DNA of 64,000 nt, taken from positions 179,118,001 through 179,182,000 of the forward strand of contig OZ024742.1 of NCBI GenBank assembly GCA_964016885.1, in the 5' to 3' direction. Shown piece by piece: positions 26,299-41,330 of the stretch. Under the pieces are notes generated by a model. It worked only from the letters and a program-made list of their open reading frames with translations. It was not told the DNA's origin and made no database searches. The first letter of the stretch is position 1; each line of letters opens with the position of its first letter. The position numbers were made by a program, and so were the translations under genes. This DNA is from Eledone cirrhosa. Its lineage: Eukaryota.

Positions 26299-27342
26299 GG
26301 CTGCAACTCGATTTCGAGTAATGCCATCGCTTGATACTTAAGCATGACGCTTGAAGCATCACGGACGTGGCCTTTTAGTCCTGTTATGACCAGCCATGCC
26401 ATGCATTGCAGAAAATGTCACATATCAATCGATGCCTTTGCTTCAAGCTTTTTTTAAGTGAGGAAAGGCTGAACATCGAAGGCATTTACCCCAAAAGTAC
26501 ATACATAGATGATGATAGCTTCTTCTTATCAGATGATAGCCATCTCAACATCACCATAATCATTCCCGCAAGTCTACATCTTCTCATGTGCAGAGGTGAC
26601 TTTTCAATCCAGCAATATAAGGCAAGACCCAAACCCCCACCACTGCAGGCACTGACAGCACTCCAACATACGGCATGATATTTTTATCGCCTCTTTACCT
26701 TCTTAGTTCAAGTCCTACCAAGGTCAACTCTGCTTTTCATTATTTTTGGAGCGATAAATCAAAGTATTAGTCAAGTACAGAGGAGTGGCTTCAATATAAA
26801 CGACTTTCCACTCTCCAAATAATGGTTGGCCTTGTGCCAATATGTATTTTTTTTCTAGGCTTCAATTCTGTCAGTATATCTTTCATCGCACCAGGGCAGG
26901 GCTGATAAAAGAAGAACTAGTTAAGTAATTGAGCTTATATAACAACTTATGCTGTCCCCCAAAAATTGTTGATTACCTGCCAATGTTGGAAAGAATTATT
27001 TGATTTTCAGATCAACAAAACTATTCTCGGAGTATATACTGGCTGACTGGTTGGTTGGTTTGTTGGCTGGTGAGTTGGTTACCAAGTTGTTTTCTATTAA
27101 TTTCTCCTCTTCTCACTTTTCGTGTTATTTTTTTTGTTTTTTTTTTATGTAAGGAAGAAAATTACATGACATCAACAAGTATTTATGTATCTTTTTTATT
27201 TCATTGTTTTCTCTCTTTTCTTTTAAGATCTAAGTGGCAGATTATGTTTAGGCAATGAAGTTTAATAGCTTTTTAACTTCTGTATCCATAGACAAATTTG
27301 CGCTTAAAAAAGAATCAACAAAAGAGACAAGAGAAATTAATA

Positions 27343-27720
27343 GCCACCAAGCCAGTCGACCAACCAACTAACCATCTAGCCAGCCAACCAACCAGCCAGC
27401 CATCCAGCCACCCAACCAACCACCCATCCAGCCAGCCAGCCAGCCAACCAACCAACCAGCCAGCCAGCCACCCAACCAACCAGCCAGCCACCCAACCAAC
27501 CAACCAGCCAGCCACCCAACCAACCATCCAGCCATCTATCCATCCAGCCAGCCAACCAGCCAACCAGCCAGCCAACCAACTAACCAACCAACCTACCAAC
27601 CAACCAACCAACCAACCAACCAACCAGCCAACAAGCCAACCATCCAACCAGCCAACCAACTAACCAACCAACCAACCAACCCACCAACCAGCCAGCCAGC
27701 CAACCAACCAGCCAACCAAA
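27343..27720. repeat. (CCAA/CCAG)n compound microsatellite
   Basis: Seen directly. Confidence 0.95.
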
Positions 27721-28045
27721 GACCAGTATATAATCTGAGCGAGCTAATACAACCTCCAGATCGGAAGATATTCAATAAGCAGTGGTTTGAGTTGCAACAC
27801 ATGATACCGTAAGACAAAATGTCTAGCTTCATGCGTGGATATTATGTCAACATGGTTTCTTTCATTGCATTTACGAAATAGAGAGGAAAAGGTATAGTAC
27901 CCTGACAAAATTATGCCCTGTTATGGTATTTAATTCCTCTGAAATAAAAATATTTTCAGTGCATTCTAATATAGAGTATCAACGTCAACACCTGATGAAC
28001 AGTATATTAGGGTGAAACTAAAATATCTTCGTAGCCTTGCAAATC

Positions 28046-28128
<83 letters not shown>

Positions 28129-28131
<3 letters not shown>

Positions 28132-28281
28132 GATGAGATTCTACAGGACTAGAACTGTTTCATTCTTTAGAAATCATCAGTTGTAGTCCTGTAGAATCTC
28201 ATCTATATTAAAACTTTTATACTCTGCTATGTATTGAGTACCTTACTTACTGTGGTTACCTCCGATTCAACCCGGAATAAC

Positions 28282-28285
<4 letters not shown>
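28129..28285 (+). mobile_element. Miniature fold-back element with minimal hammerhead on the inverted arm (28141-28186, minus)
   Basis: Minus strand: CUACAA-CUGAUGA-UUUCUAAAGAAU-GAAA-CAGUUCUAG-UC-CUGUAG; ~78-nt tail; (TA)n flanks. Confidence 0.78.
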
Positions 28286-28313
<28 letters not shown>

Positions 28314-28382
28314 TGAAGTAAAAGTTAAGTGGAAATATCCAAGAGAAAGACCACTCAGCCCATAGGACGAGTTTAGTATAAA

Positions 28383-28963
28383 CTAGCAGAATGGCCCGGC
28401 GTTGCTCAGGATTTGCTCTAGGGTTCTTATATATTTGATATATATTTATCCTTATCGGGCCTCGTGAAGTAAATACGTTTGTTTATATTTTGTTATTGTG
28501 TATGCAAAAATATCTGTACACGAATATATAATTATATATATCTATATATCTAAAACAGAGAATGTCTGTCTGTCTGTCTATCAGCTCCCTAAAGCTCGAG
28601 AACCACCCAACCGATTGTTTTCAAACTTTACACACGGTCCTGTGAGTGTTTTGAGCAAATAAAATTTCAAATTTTCAATGCCCTAGGGACCGCATTAGAC
28701 GATTTAGCGATCTCTCTCTATAATTCTTAGTCTTTCTTTTTAGATAGATACATAGATATAAGGTTGGACCTTTTTAATATATGTCTGTATGTCTGGGTGT
28801 CAGCATTACGACATTATGACGCTGTATGTGTGTGTGTATATATATATATAGTGTGTAACGTTTGTCGAAATATTTACTTCTGCGTTCACATATTGATTTT
28901 TAGTTTCAGAAGATCCTGTTAAGGGTGAAAGCAGCGACTCTTTGCTTAAACTTTAATCTGTTA

Positions 28964-29004
<41 letters not shown>

Positions 29005-29446
29005 CACGAGGCTCGATAAGGATAAATATATATCAAATATATAAGAACCCTAGTGCAAATCCCGAGCAACGCCGGGCCATTCTGCTAGTATATATTAAAA
29101 TAACAGATTAAAGTTTAACAAAGAATCGCTGCTTTCACCCTTAACGGGATCTTCTGAAACTAAAATATTGATCTGTGAACGCAGAAGTAAATATTTCGAA
29201 AAACGTTACATACACTATATATATATATATATACACACACACTATATATACATATATAGACACACACATATATAGCGCCATAATGTCGTAATGCAGACAG
29301 CCCGACATACAGACAGATATTATAAGGGTGCAACGTTATATCTATGTATCTATCTAAAAAGAAAGACTAAGAATTATAGAAAAATATCGCTAAATCACCT
29401 AATGCGGTCCCTAGGGCATTGAACATTTGAAATTGTTTTTGCTCAA
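28383..29446. mobile_element. Nested antiparallel Helitrons: complete + copy 28541-29088 inside a - copy
   Basis: Both have the CCCGAGCAACGCCGGG-type hairpin plus CTAG|T; the inner copy starts A|TC. Confidence 0.8.
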
Positions 29447-29906
29447 TCTATCAGAAGATAGATTGAGAAATAAGAGATGAAATAGAAAGAAGAAGAAGAA
29501 GAAGAAGAAGAAGAAGAAGAAGAAGAAGAAGAAGAAGAAGAAGAAGAAGAAGAAGGGAGTGAGAGATCTGGAAGGAACGGAAAAATATTGAGAACAAAAC
29601 ACACGCGCGTATTCAGTTAGCTATGTAGTTTAGAGAGATACTGGTCTTGGGTATTTTAGGGATTAGAGAGGTTTAGGAATGAGATAATCATTATATATTT
29701 AAGGTGAGCATGTGTATGCGTGAGTGAGTGTGTGCTTGAGTGTGTATGTGTGCATGCATGTGAGTTCGCTGGCTTGTGCAGAGATTTGAAAGATGGGCGT
29801 TAGACCGTGAGAGACTGGCTGTTGTGGGCCTGTGGAAGTGTGAGTGACCCTGGGCGCGAACTGACCAACGTAGGGAGATGTACAAAAATGTATATGTATT
29901 TGTGCG

Positions 29907-29985
<79 letters not shown>

Positions 29986-29992
29986 CTAGTGT

Positions 29993-30110
29993 GAAGGCAT
30001 GTGGCTGAGTGGTTAGAGAATTGGATTCGCAATCGTAAGGTTGTGAGTTCGATTCCTGGACCAGGCGATGCGTTATGTCCTTGAGCAAGACACTTTATTT
30101 CACGTTGCTC
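29993..30110 (+). mobile_element. tRNA-derived SINE family 2 (head)
   Basis: TGGCTGAGTGG A box, GAGTTCGATTCC B box, TGTCCTTGAGCAAGACACTTTA. Other copies: 24375-24625, 46184-46360, 53135-53390, 57862-58170 (+); 17572-17811, 56590-56840 (-). Confidence 0.8.
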
Positions 30111-30775
30111 CTTCTACCTGGAGTTGCGACCGATAGATAGTATTAGCAATTGGAAAGACCAACGGAAACATTGTTCCCTCGGTCTGATTTGACGAAAGTC
30201 GATCGTTCCTTCCTTCCATACACACCTAGTAAACATCGAAAGGAGCTGTATAGAAAAGGATATGTTAGTGAAGAAGATCGTTGCCGTTTTTTTCATTTCG
30301 TGGTATGGTCATAAGAGAAGCTGCTTTAATATCGATGTTAGTTGATTGTCAGTGTTGTATTTTATTTCCGCAATCAACGTATTATAGTGAAATCAGGCTT
30401 AAACCTTAACGTCATTTGTAACCATCTACGTAAGATCTAGTATCACGTGGACCGTTATCTGATGGAGTATTGGTTTGTTAATAAATATGAAATCTCGGTT
30501 CTACATTTTCTTGCTTCAATTTATAGAATAAAGTATGGAAATGTAGAATCGTGTCTTCAAATATACACACACAAATATATAAAATACATATATATGAGCA
30601 TGTATGCATATGGGTATGTTGTCACTGAGAAGTTCTTTTGGCCGCCATGTGGTTTTGAGTTCGATCCCGTTCAATGTGCAAATGGAATTTAGCAGCAGGA
30701 AACTGAGTGGAACACCGCCGGTAATATATACATACATACATACATAGATACATACACACATATATATATATATAT

Positions 30776-30817
<42 letters not shown>

Positions 30818-30849
30818 GGAGAGAGAGAGATAGATAGATAGATAAGTAT

Positions 30850-31026
30850 ATTTCGTGTTCAGTCGGGGTAACCACAGTAATTAAGGTACTCAATACATAG
30901 CAGAGTATAAATATTTAATATAGAAATGGCTTCTACAGGACTAGAACTGTTTCATTCAGGAGAAATCATCAAGAAGCCCCGATGATTTCTCCCGAATGAA
31001 ACAGTTCTAGTCCTGTAGAAGCCATT

Positions 31027-31030
<4 letters not shown>
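30850..31030 (-). mobile_element. Second copy of the 28129 family, opposite orientation
   Basis: Tail 30850-30920. Inverted arms 30921-30970 / 30981-31030, each with (Y)GAUGA..GAAACAGUUCUAGUC. Confidence 0.78.
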
Positions 31031-31066
<36 letters not shown>

Positions 31067-31621
31067 CCCTAAGTATTGAGTACTTTGGTGCGTTATGGTC
31101 CACCTGGTCCCTTACCACATTTCCTCCGTTATATATATATGGAAAAGAATGAAACAAAATATCATTTCTCACCCTTAGTACGGCTGATACCTAAATATAA
31201 GTATGTATACGTACATATATATATGTATACAGACGTACAGTAGTATGTATATATATATACATACATGCACACATATATATATGTACGTATGGGTTTACCG
31301 AACATTTATTATAATGTTCGGTTTGTTTAGTAAACAAACAGCCCGAATTAAGCCGTACAGTGTTCGGCAAACATCGTTGCCCTTTTGTTCAACACTGACA
31401 AAGGAACGATGTACTAGTTTCAACCTTATTAGTATCTTTTACCGTCCTGTCAGATGATTGAACGTTTGAAAGTATATACTTTCCTCATGCATATTAACGG
31501 CTGAGCAGCCTAATTTGCATATCGAGTGAGTTAGACGGCCGGGAGCACCGAAAACGATAAATGGAAACAAATAAAACGAAATTTCATTTCTCACTCTTAG
31601 TACGGCTAATACTTAATATAA

Positions 31622-32325
<704 letters not shown>

Positions 32326-34026
32326 TCACGAGTGTATATGTTTCTTTGTCTGCGTGCACGTGTCTGTATGAGTGTGTATACGTAAGCACATAATTATATA
32401 TTCACTAGCGGTGTGCGTGTTTGCGTGTGTGTAAGTGTGCGCGCGTGTGTGTGTGTATGTGTGTGGACATTCGTGGATCTCTATGGGCAAAAACCACAAT
32501 TGCAAGCATCTGCATGTATATATTTATACAAAATTGTAGAAACACCCTTTTTGATAAGGTATCCAACTAGGTTTTATGCAACAACATTTTTGATCATGTT
32601 GAGAGACATAAGACAACATGGGGAGGTGACAGAAAGGACATATGAGGAGTGGTTGTGCCAATTTCAAATCATATAGACTACATCCTGCGTCGATTGTTCC
32701 AAAAACAACAGAATATTAACCGACACACGGTTCTAAGATGGCGCCATCACAAACAGCGAAACAGTAACGAATAAAAGTTGTCGTCCCATGACTATCTGAG
32801 GAAATATTTTGGTAGTCGAGGTGCCAGTTTTTAACAGCCTTATCCGACTTCCATTAATGTTAAAGATATGCAATATGTTACGCCGGCGCCCTCAAGACTC
32901 CATCGGCTGCTCAATCAAAGCTAAGCTAGAGCTAAACAACAACAAGAATTACAACTGCTCACAATACAAACTGATTCCTAATTTACAAACAACAATCCAT
33001 TCTTTAAACTTCAAGACATATTTAACATTTTTAGTTTTCTTTGTTATTTTTCTTGATTGGCAAATGTGCTATTGAGATGAGAATTTGTCCCGGGTCTTTG
33101 AATTCAAATCCCGCAGATGTAATATTTTGTCTTTCCTACATTTTGGGGCTGATAGATATAGTTCCACATCAGTACATTAGATTATTTAAATTCAAAATAT
33201 AAATGATAAGAATTAAATTTAAAAGCTTTTGACAAAGACGGATGTTTGAATAGAATAATTTAGTATGAAATTATTAAAATATAGATTACATTTTTATGTC
33301 TTAGTTTGAAAAACAAACTAAATACTTTGTACGAAATGAAGGATTTTGTTCAATCAGCATTTCATTGTCCAAGATAATATGATTACATGTGACAAGTTTA
33401 AAACCTTTTTAATGTGGGCGAAAAAGTTAGAATAAAAGAAAAACAATTAAAATGAAAGAATAAATACATGTGAAAACAGTACCGTGTAGTGAGTATTATC
33501 TACTAGGAAGTATGATACGTGTAGTGTTTACAGTGATTTGTATATATTTTTGTGTATTTTAGTGTACGCCCATTGCAGTTAATTTCCTAAAATATATCAG
33601 CTACCCTGCTGGATTGCATCGGTTAGTGGTCGGCTTTGCACCACAAGAAAAACCTCTCTCTCATTTACCCTCTCTTTATATATATTTAAATGTGTGTGTG
33701 TGTATGTGTGAGTGTGTTTAAATACCTATGTATATATGTATGTATGTATGCATGTATGTATGTATGTATGCATGTATGTATGTATGTATGTATGTATGTA
33801 TGTATGTATGTATGTATGTATGTATGTATGTATTCTTCTATATACGTTGGTATGTATATGTATGCGTGCGCCTGCGCATGTATTCATGTATTGTTTTTAT
33901 CAATGAAATTTAGATACTGTTAATACTGGGCTAATGCTACGATTTTTATCGGATCATGTTAGTATGAAGAGTCTCCCTCATTGGCAAAAGCACATACATA
34001 CATAGACCCATACAAACATACATTCA

Positions 34027-34060
<34 letters not shown>

Positions 34061-34062
34061 CA

Positions 34063-35464
34063 CAACTAGTTAGGAAATTACAAGTACAATCCATTAATGG
34101 AACAGTAAAAATTTTGCATCTAATAACTGCATATACACATGTACAGATACAAAGCATATACACATGCTCGCATACAACTCAAAACATCCACTTCCACACA
34201 TACAATAACATCCATATCTACACATGCATGCATGCATACATAATCTACCTAGTTGATGTGTAAATTCCAATGAGAGAGTCTTGTGTCTATGTTAGAAACC
34301 GATTCTCTCTCTATTGGCAAAAATTTGTGAAATTATAAAACCAGAAGAATATACATAGATACATACATAGCTCCCTAAATTCATAGACTACAAATGGCCG
34401 CAATATCTGGCACCTTCAAAATTTGCAAAACATTCTTGCGATTCATGGGATGACAATTTCTTTTCTTTTACAACCTTGCCACCAGGAAGGTGGCTGGTCA
34501 AAAATGTACTCGAAATTAAGGGAAAGAATACGTACATACATACATACATACATACATACATACATACATGGTGGCTGCCAACTCGTTTTCGAGTACGGCC
34601 ACTACTTTATATCCATGTAGGAGAACCTCTACCGATGCGCTAAACAAGTGTGACTTTTAGTCCAGCCAGCGACTTGAAAACTCTGGTACAAACACTACAC
34701 CTGTGACAATTATTGACACATAGTGCTGGGCCCATGGCACCATGTGACGACAAGTGCAGAGAGATCTCCAGATATAAAGCAATGCCTGTGCCGTGAAGCT
34801 TTTATAGTGAGCAAAGGCACTGCACAAAGCCAGTCCCACTCTTAACCAACATGATATTTACCAAAAAGAAGAACAAGTCAACATCATTGGATACCATCAG
34901 GGTTGCAGGTGTTATATCAGAGTTTTCCTTCTCCTAGAATTCTGCCTTGACAAAGGCTAAGGGGTCATCTCTCCCGGACATGCATACATACATACATACA
35001 TACATACATACATACATACATACATACATACATACATACATACATAGATACATACATACATGAGAGCTACAAACTCTGCAAAGAGTACTACAATCGCTTG
35101 TCAGATTATAGAGTTTGGTACACTTTTAGGCTACCGCCAGCCACACAAACCTGTAATAGATTCGGACCAAGCAATGCCTGTGCTTTGAAGGTTTTTTAAG
35201 TGGGGAAAGGGCTTCCACTCGACTAATCCCACTCTCTGAGCATCGAAAATACCCGAAATACCCGAAAAGGAGAACTGGTTAACATCATCGGATGCTTCCA
35301 GAGCCGCAGATTTTTTTTTCAGAGTTTCCCTCTCTTAGAAAGGTGTTGTTGACAACAGCTGGGGGCCTGCACTCCCAGTTGAAAAAAAAAAGTATTATTT
35401 GGATGGCCGTTGACTCTACATACATACATACATACATACATACATACATACATACATACATACA

Positions 35465-35499
<35 letters not shown>

Positions 35500-37160
35500 G
35501 CACAGTAGTGGAAGTTAGCTGCCCAGCAGATGCCAATATAATATCAAGGATTAGCGAAAATGATGAGAATCTGCAGAGACTCCATACTGATTATACCTTC
35601 AGAAATGTGCCTGTGATTATTGGGGCACTGGGATATGTTAGTAACTGCCTCAATACAAATCTTGAGAAGCTGAGCTTCACAGGAACAAAAAGAATACAAC
35701 TAGTTAAGACATTACAAGTACAATCCATTAATGGAACAGTGAAAATATGTAAAACATTCCAAAAAGTTTGCATCTAATAACTGCATATACACATATACAG
35801 ATACTAAGCATATACACATGGACACATACAACTAAAAAAATACACATCCACACAGAATAACATCCATACCTACACATGCATGCATATGTACCTAGTTGAT
35901 ATTGTGTAAATTCCCAGTGGAGAGTCTTGTGTCTATGTTAGAAATCGACTCTGTCTCTATTGGCAAACATTTGTGAAATTATAAAACCAAAAGAACATAC
36001 ATACATACATTTCGGAAAACAAAATTAACAACAAACGGGGAAGAATATATTGAGACAGATGGCACTAAGGAATACTGGTGGAACCTGAAAATAAATCTGT
36101 CAGCAAATTAAAGCACAACCGGTCTGATATTGTTGGTTGGGACCACACATTGAAAACGTGTTCGGTTGTGGAGATCAGCTGCCCACCTGATGTAAACGTT
36201 GTCAGAAAATTACAGGAGAAGGAAAACATCTACGGACCATTGATGAGGAGTTTACAAATCCAGTATCCAAGATACACCATTAGCTTCATACCCATCATTA
36301 TTGGAGCTACGGGTTATATACCAACCCACTTGGACCAAAGTATGACTGAACTTGGATTTGCGGACAAAAAGCGCAGATCCCTAATTCATAGTCTACAAAT
36401 GGCTGCGATAGCTGGCACCTTCAAAATTTGCAAAACATTCTTGCGATTCAAGGGATGACAATTTCTTTTCTTTTACAACCTTGCCACCAGGAAGGTGGCC
36501 GGTCAAAAAAAATATACTCGAAATTAAGAGAAAGAGATAACATACATACATACATGGTGGCTGCCAACTCGAGTACGGCCACTACTTTATATCAATGTAG
36601 GAGAACCCCCACCGATGCGCTGAACGAGTGTGACTTCTTAGTCCAGCCAGCGACTTGAAAACTCTGGTACAAACACTACACTTGTGACAAATATTGACAC
36701 ATAGTGCTGGGCCCATGGTACCATGTGACGACAAGTGCAGAGAGATCTCCAGATATAAAGCAATGCCTGTGCGCTGTGAAGCTTTTATAGTGAGCAAAGG
36801 CACTGCACAAAGCCAGTCCCACTCTCTTAACCAAGATGATATTTACCAACAAGAAGAACAAGTCAACATCATTGGATACCGTCAGAGTTGGAGGCGTTAT
36901 ATCAGAATTTTCCTTCTCTTAGAATTCTGCCTTGACAAAGGCTAAGGGGTCATCTCTCCCGGTGATTTTGGATGGCCATTGACTCTTAAGAGCTCCTTTG
37001 ACCTTTGACAGGTTTTGTTTTTATTCTTGCAGGATGTTCAAAGTCACCCTCCTCACTAAGAAACCTTGGTGGGGTTGCCAGTTTAGTCGCCAACGACCCG
37101 ACCATGAGTCAGGTTATACTGGGATACATGTTACCAGTAGCACCAACTGGTAACCTGACA
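34063..37160 (+). mobile_element. Stack of 5'-truncated Dong/R4-like non-LTR 3' ends separated by (TACA)n
   Basis: RLE peptides KHNRSDIVGWD..VVEISCP..KENIY..PIIIGATG (36078-36458) and VVEVSCP..PVIIGALG (35500-35777). Repeated units: 34063/35695, 34371/36379, 34568/36554. Related fragment at 25820-25945. Confidence 0.8.
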
Positions 37161-38066
37161 TACATACATACATACATACATACATACATACATACATACA
37201 TACATACATACATACATACATACGCTTAATATTTTATATTGTTTTCAGATATCGAATTTATGTAATATTCGATCATTTCGTTTATTTCAATAATAGTTTC
37301 ATTATTTTCATGTTGTGTTGTATGTGCTATGGCTTTTCTGAATTAAACTTCCCGGCACATGTCATTACGCCGTTAAATTAAATGCTTTTGAGAGCTTGAT
37401 TTCTCTCGGAGATTAGTTGATGGGAGTTTATAATTCACGTATGTAAGGAAAAAGTGGAGAATGACATATTACGTTATTGGGTTGCAGTCCCTTCAGGTAA
37501 TAATAGTTTAATGATACAGAAATTACGTAATATGACAGCTGCAGCTTGATAGCGCCTGTCTTCCGGATTCTATCGGCTGGTGCGGTTCATGGTTGGTTTA
37601 TGGAATATAAGTATGCGAGCCCGGGGATGGTTTAGCGGGAATTATGATTGCATGTCATCGGTTGGTTTACGGTTCTTTCTTAGCATTTTGTGTATGCGTT
37701 AGGGCAATCAACGGTCTTATTAGTATACATACATACATACATACATAAATACATACATACATACATACATACATACATACATAAATGCATGCATATATCC
37801 ATAATACGTACATTCGCTCTCACAAACGCTCACACACACGTGTGTTCACAAACACTTCTACCATCACATATTCAAGATGAACGAGGTTTTACATGAAATG
37901 TTCACCAGCTTTAATATTCTATATATGTTTAACCAATTTGTATTATGAGGCCTGCATAAAACCATTTCAATTTCTGTTTAGATTTTAAATGTTCCTTTGG
38001 ACCTAATGATGCATTCCGCCACCATTCAGTTTCTCGTCGCGTACGATAATTCAGGCGAGAAATAGA

Positions 38067-38657
<591 letters not shown>

Positions 38658-38888
38658 AGCAAATTATAAATGTAAACATGTAAGTATGTTTTTGAAACGG
38701 TGCGCGAGTTTGAAATTAGAAATTAGAAATTATAAGCTTTCACCGTAATTTTGACTAAAGAAATTTCTAGCCTGATAGTGGGGTCTATAACCTTCGGAGA
38801 AATGGAAAAAGATGAGTGTTGCCGTATATATATATATATATTTATTTGTATGTGTGTGTGTACGCGCATATGAGTGTGTTTGTGAATG

Positions 38889-38920
<32 letters not shown>

Positions 38921-39509
38921 CATATGTAGGGGGGTGAACTAGCAGAGTCGTTAAGAGGTCTGATAGAATGCTTTACGCTATGCGCTCTGTTAAAATCCCG
39001 CCGAAGTCAACTTTACCTTTCATACTTTCGAGGTCGATACCAATCCAGTACTGTAATCGATTCTTCCCCTATAATCGGCTGTGTTCAGACCTGGAGAGGG
39101 TTGGGTTCCGCCAGGTCTAAAAGTACCCTACGACTCCACAAGCAGTTATAGCATATATATATATATATATAATTGGTTATGCACGAGTGCATTAATGTTT
39201 TCCAGGACACAGTGTTATGGACCGTGTAGTGGAATGTCAGCTTACAACAGAGTGGTGCTCAACGAAATGCAGAAAATAGGTGTATATTCCAGTTTAGCTA
39301 TATTCCAGGGCGTGTATAAAGAATTAAAAAGAACAGAAAGATGCAGTAAAAGAGATTTATTCGGTTCTTACGTACGTTTCAATAGACATCAATTTGCCTA
39401 GATCTCGCTACATCTATAATCTTATATATTTAGTAGAGCATTCGAAATCCAATGCACAATCGATCCCATATCATCAGAGATTATGTATATGTATATATGT
39501 ATATGTATA

Positions 39510-39565
<56 letters not shown>

Positions 39566-39568
39566 TGA

Positions 39569-39602
<34 letters not shown>

Positions 39603-39652
39603 GAATATATATATATATATATATATATGAATATATATAAATATATATATGA

Positions 39653-39686
<34 letters not shown>

Positions 39687-39755
39687 GAATATATATTTAT
39701 ATATATATGAATATATATATATATATATATATATATGAATATATATATATATATA

Positions 39756-39799
<44 letters not shown>

Positions 39800-39843
39800 T
39801 TAATATATATATATATATATGAATATATATATATATACATATA

Positions 39844-39881
<38 letters not shown>

Positions 39882-41330
39882 TATATATATATGAATATAT
39901 ATATAAATATAGGAACCAGTAAGACCCCGACAGCTGAGCTCAAGCCGTTTCGACGGCTAATTCTGGACTAAATGAAAATTTATCCTGGTATTTAAATAGC
40001 CGATCTTCTCTAGGGGTAATTCCATATATGGTCAAAGTGATTGTCAAAAATCAGTAGTAATTCTGTGGTTGCAAATTAGTAGGGGAGATGGTGGCTAAAC
40101 CTGCCAGTAGGAGAAAGAGGGGAGGGGGTGGAGTAGACCCAATCAAGCGTTGGTAGTGCCAGCTACAGCTGGGCATGAGGTCAAAGAAGATACAGGGGAG
40201 GGGGAGGGGGAGGAAGTCGGAACGGTAGGTAGAACAATGGGGGGTAGAAATAGGAAAGTAAAAATACTGAGAGTGAAGAAAAGCAAATAAGTGTAAAGAA
40301 AAAAGTAAAGTAAATTAAATTCTACGACCTAGGTCTCAGGCTATTGTTAGGCTAGAATAAAATAAAGAAAGAAAGAAAGAAGTAAATAAATAAATAAATA
40401 AAGGAATAACGAAATAAGTAAAAGAACTAGGTGGGACGGATAAGGCAAGGACCCTTTTAAGAGGTATAAGTACGTAAATGATACGGTGACGGGTCAACAA
40501 AAGGGGCCAAAATACTAAAAAGACTACCACGAAATAAACAATAAAGGTTTCCATCCCGGGCCAGCAACGACCCAGTGCAGCAAAGTGAACTTGTACGAGA
40601 TAATAATTCTGAGTCCCGAGAAAAATATATATTAATGCTAACTCTAAAAGATCTAAAACAAGCTACATGAAAGTTCGTACGAAATAAAGGTAGAATACGG
40701 AGAAATAAATTCAGAATCCACCCTGCCCAGAAGAAAAGCGAAGCAAGAAATACTGAAACGAAAAAATAAGGCATAAGTGCCACTAAGAAATATAGAGGGC
40801 ACCGAGAATAGTGGGAGCGGTCGGAAAAAGGGGGCAAGTATCCGGGGTCTAAGCCAACTGCTATAAAGGGCGGAGTCCGCCAAATCTATCATAGACTAGG
40901 GGAGGGGGTGGTGGGGGTACTAAGGCTACATGGGGCCAAAGGGCAGCCTCGGGTGGGCGAGAAAAGACGCCGACAAAGGAGAAGAGCTGGGGTAGAAGGA
41001 CTAAGGAGAGAGGGGGGAAGGAAATAAAGGAAGCGATAAAAGAATACAAAGAAGATCTTACGTCTTCCTTGGCAAGCAGGGGTTACCCATTGCAAAATCG
41101 GCAAGTGGGGTGTTATAGCCCTAGTCTACCCCCCCGGGTCATTATGGGGTTTGAGGGCGAGGTAAGTCCTACGCAATCTATGTTTACATGCAGTGACCAG
41201 TTCATCTTTCTTGTTTAGGAGTTGGTCCGTCGAAAACAGCATTTGTAAAGTTTCCTCCGAGCATAAATTGCACGGACGGCGTCCTCCCGTGTAAGAATTG
41301 GCTCTGGACAGTAATCTCCAAGTGAGATCA

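Noticed and set aside
29993-30066. tRNA-like sequences
   Set aside because: SINE heads with A/B boxes but no intact cloverleaf, continuing into SINE body sequence.
32520-33020. Possible decayed LINE fragment
   Set aside because: Too degenerate to assign without an alignment.
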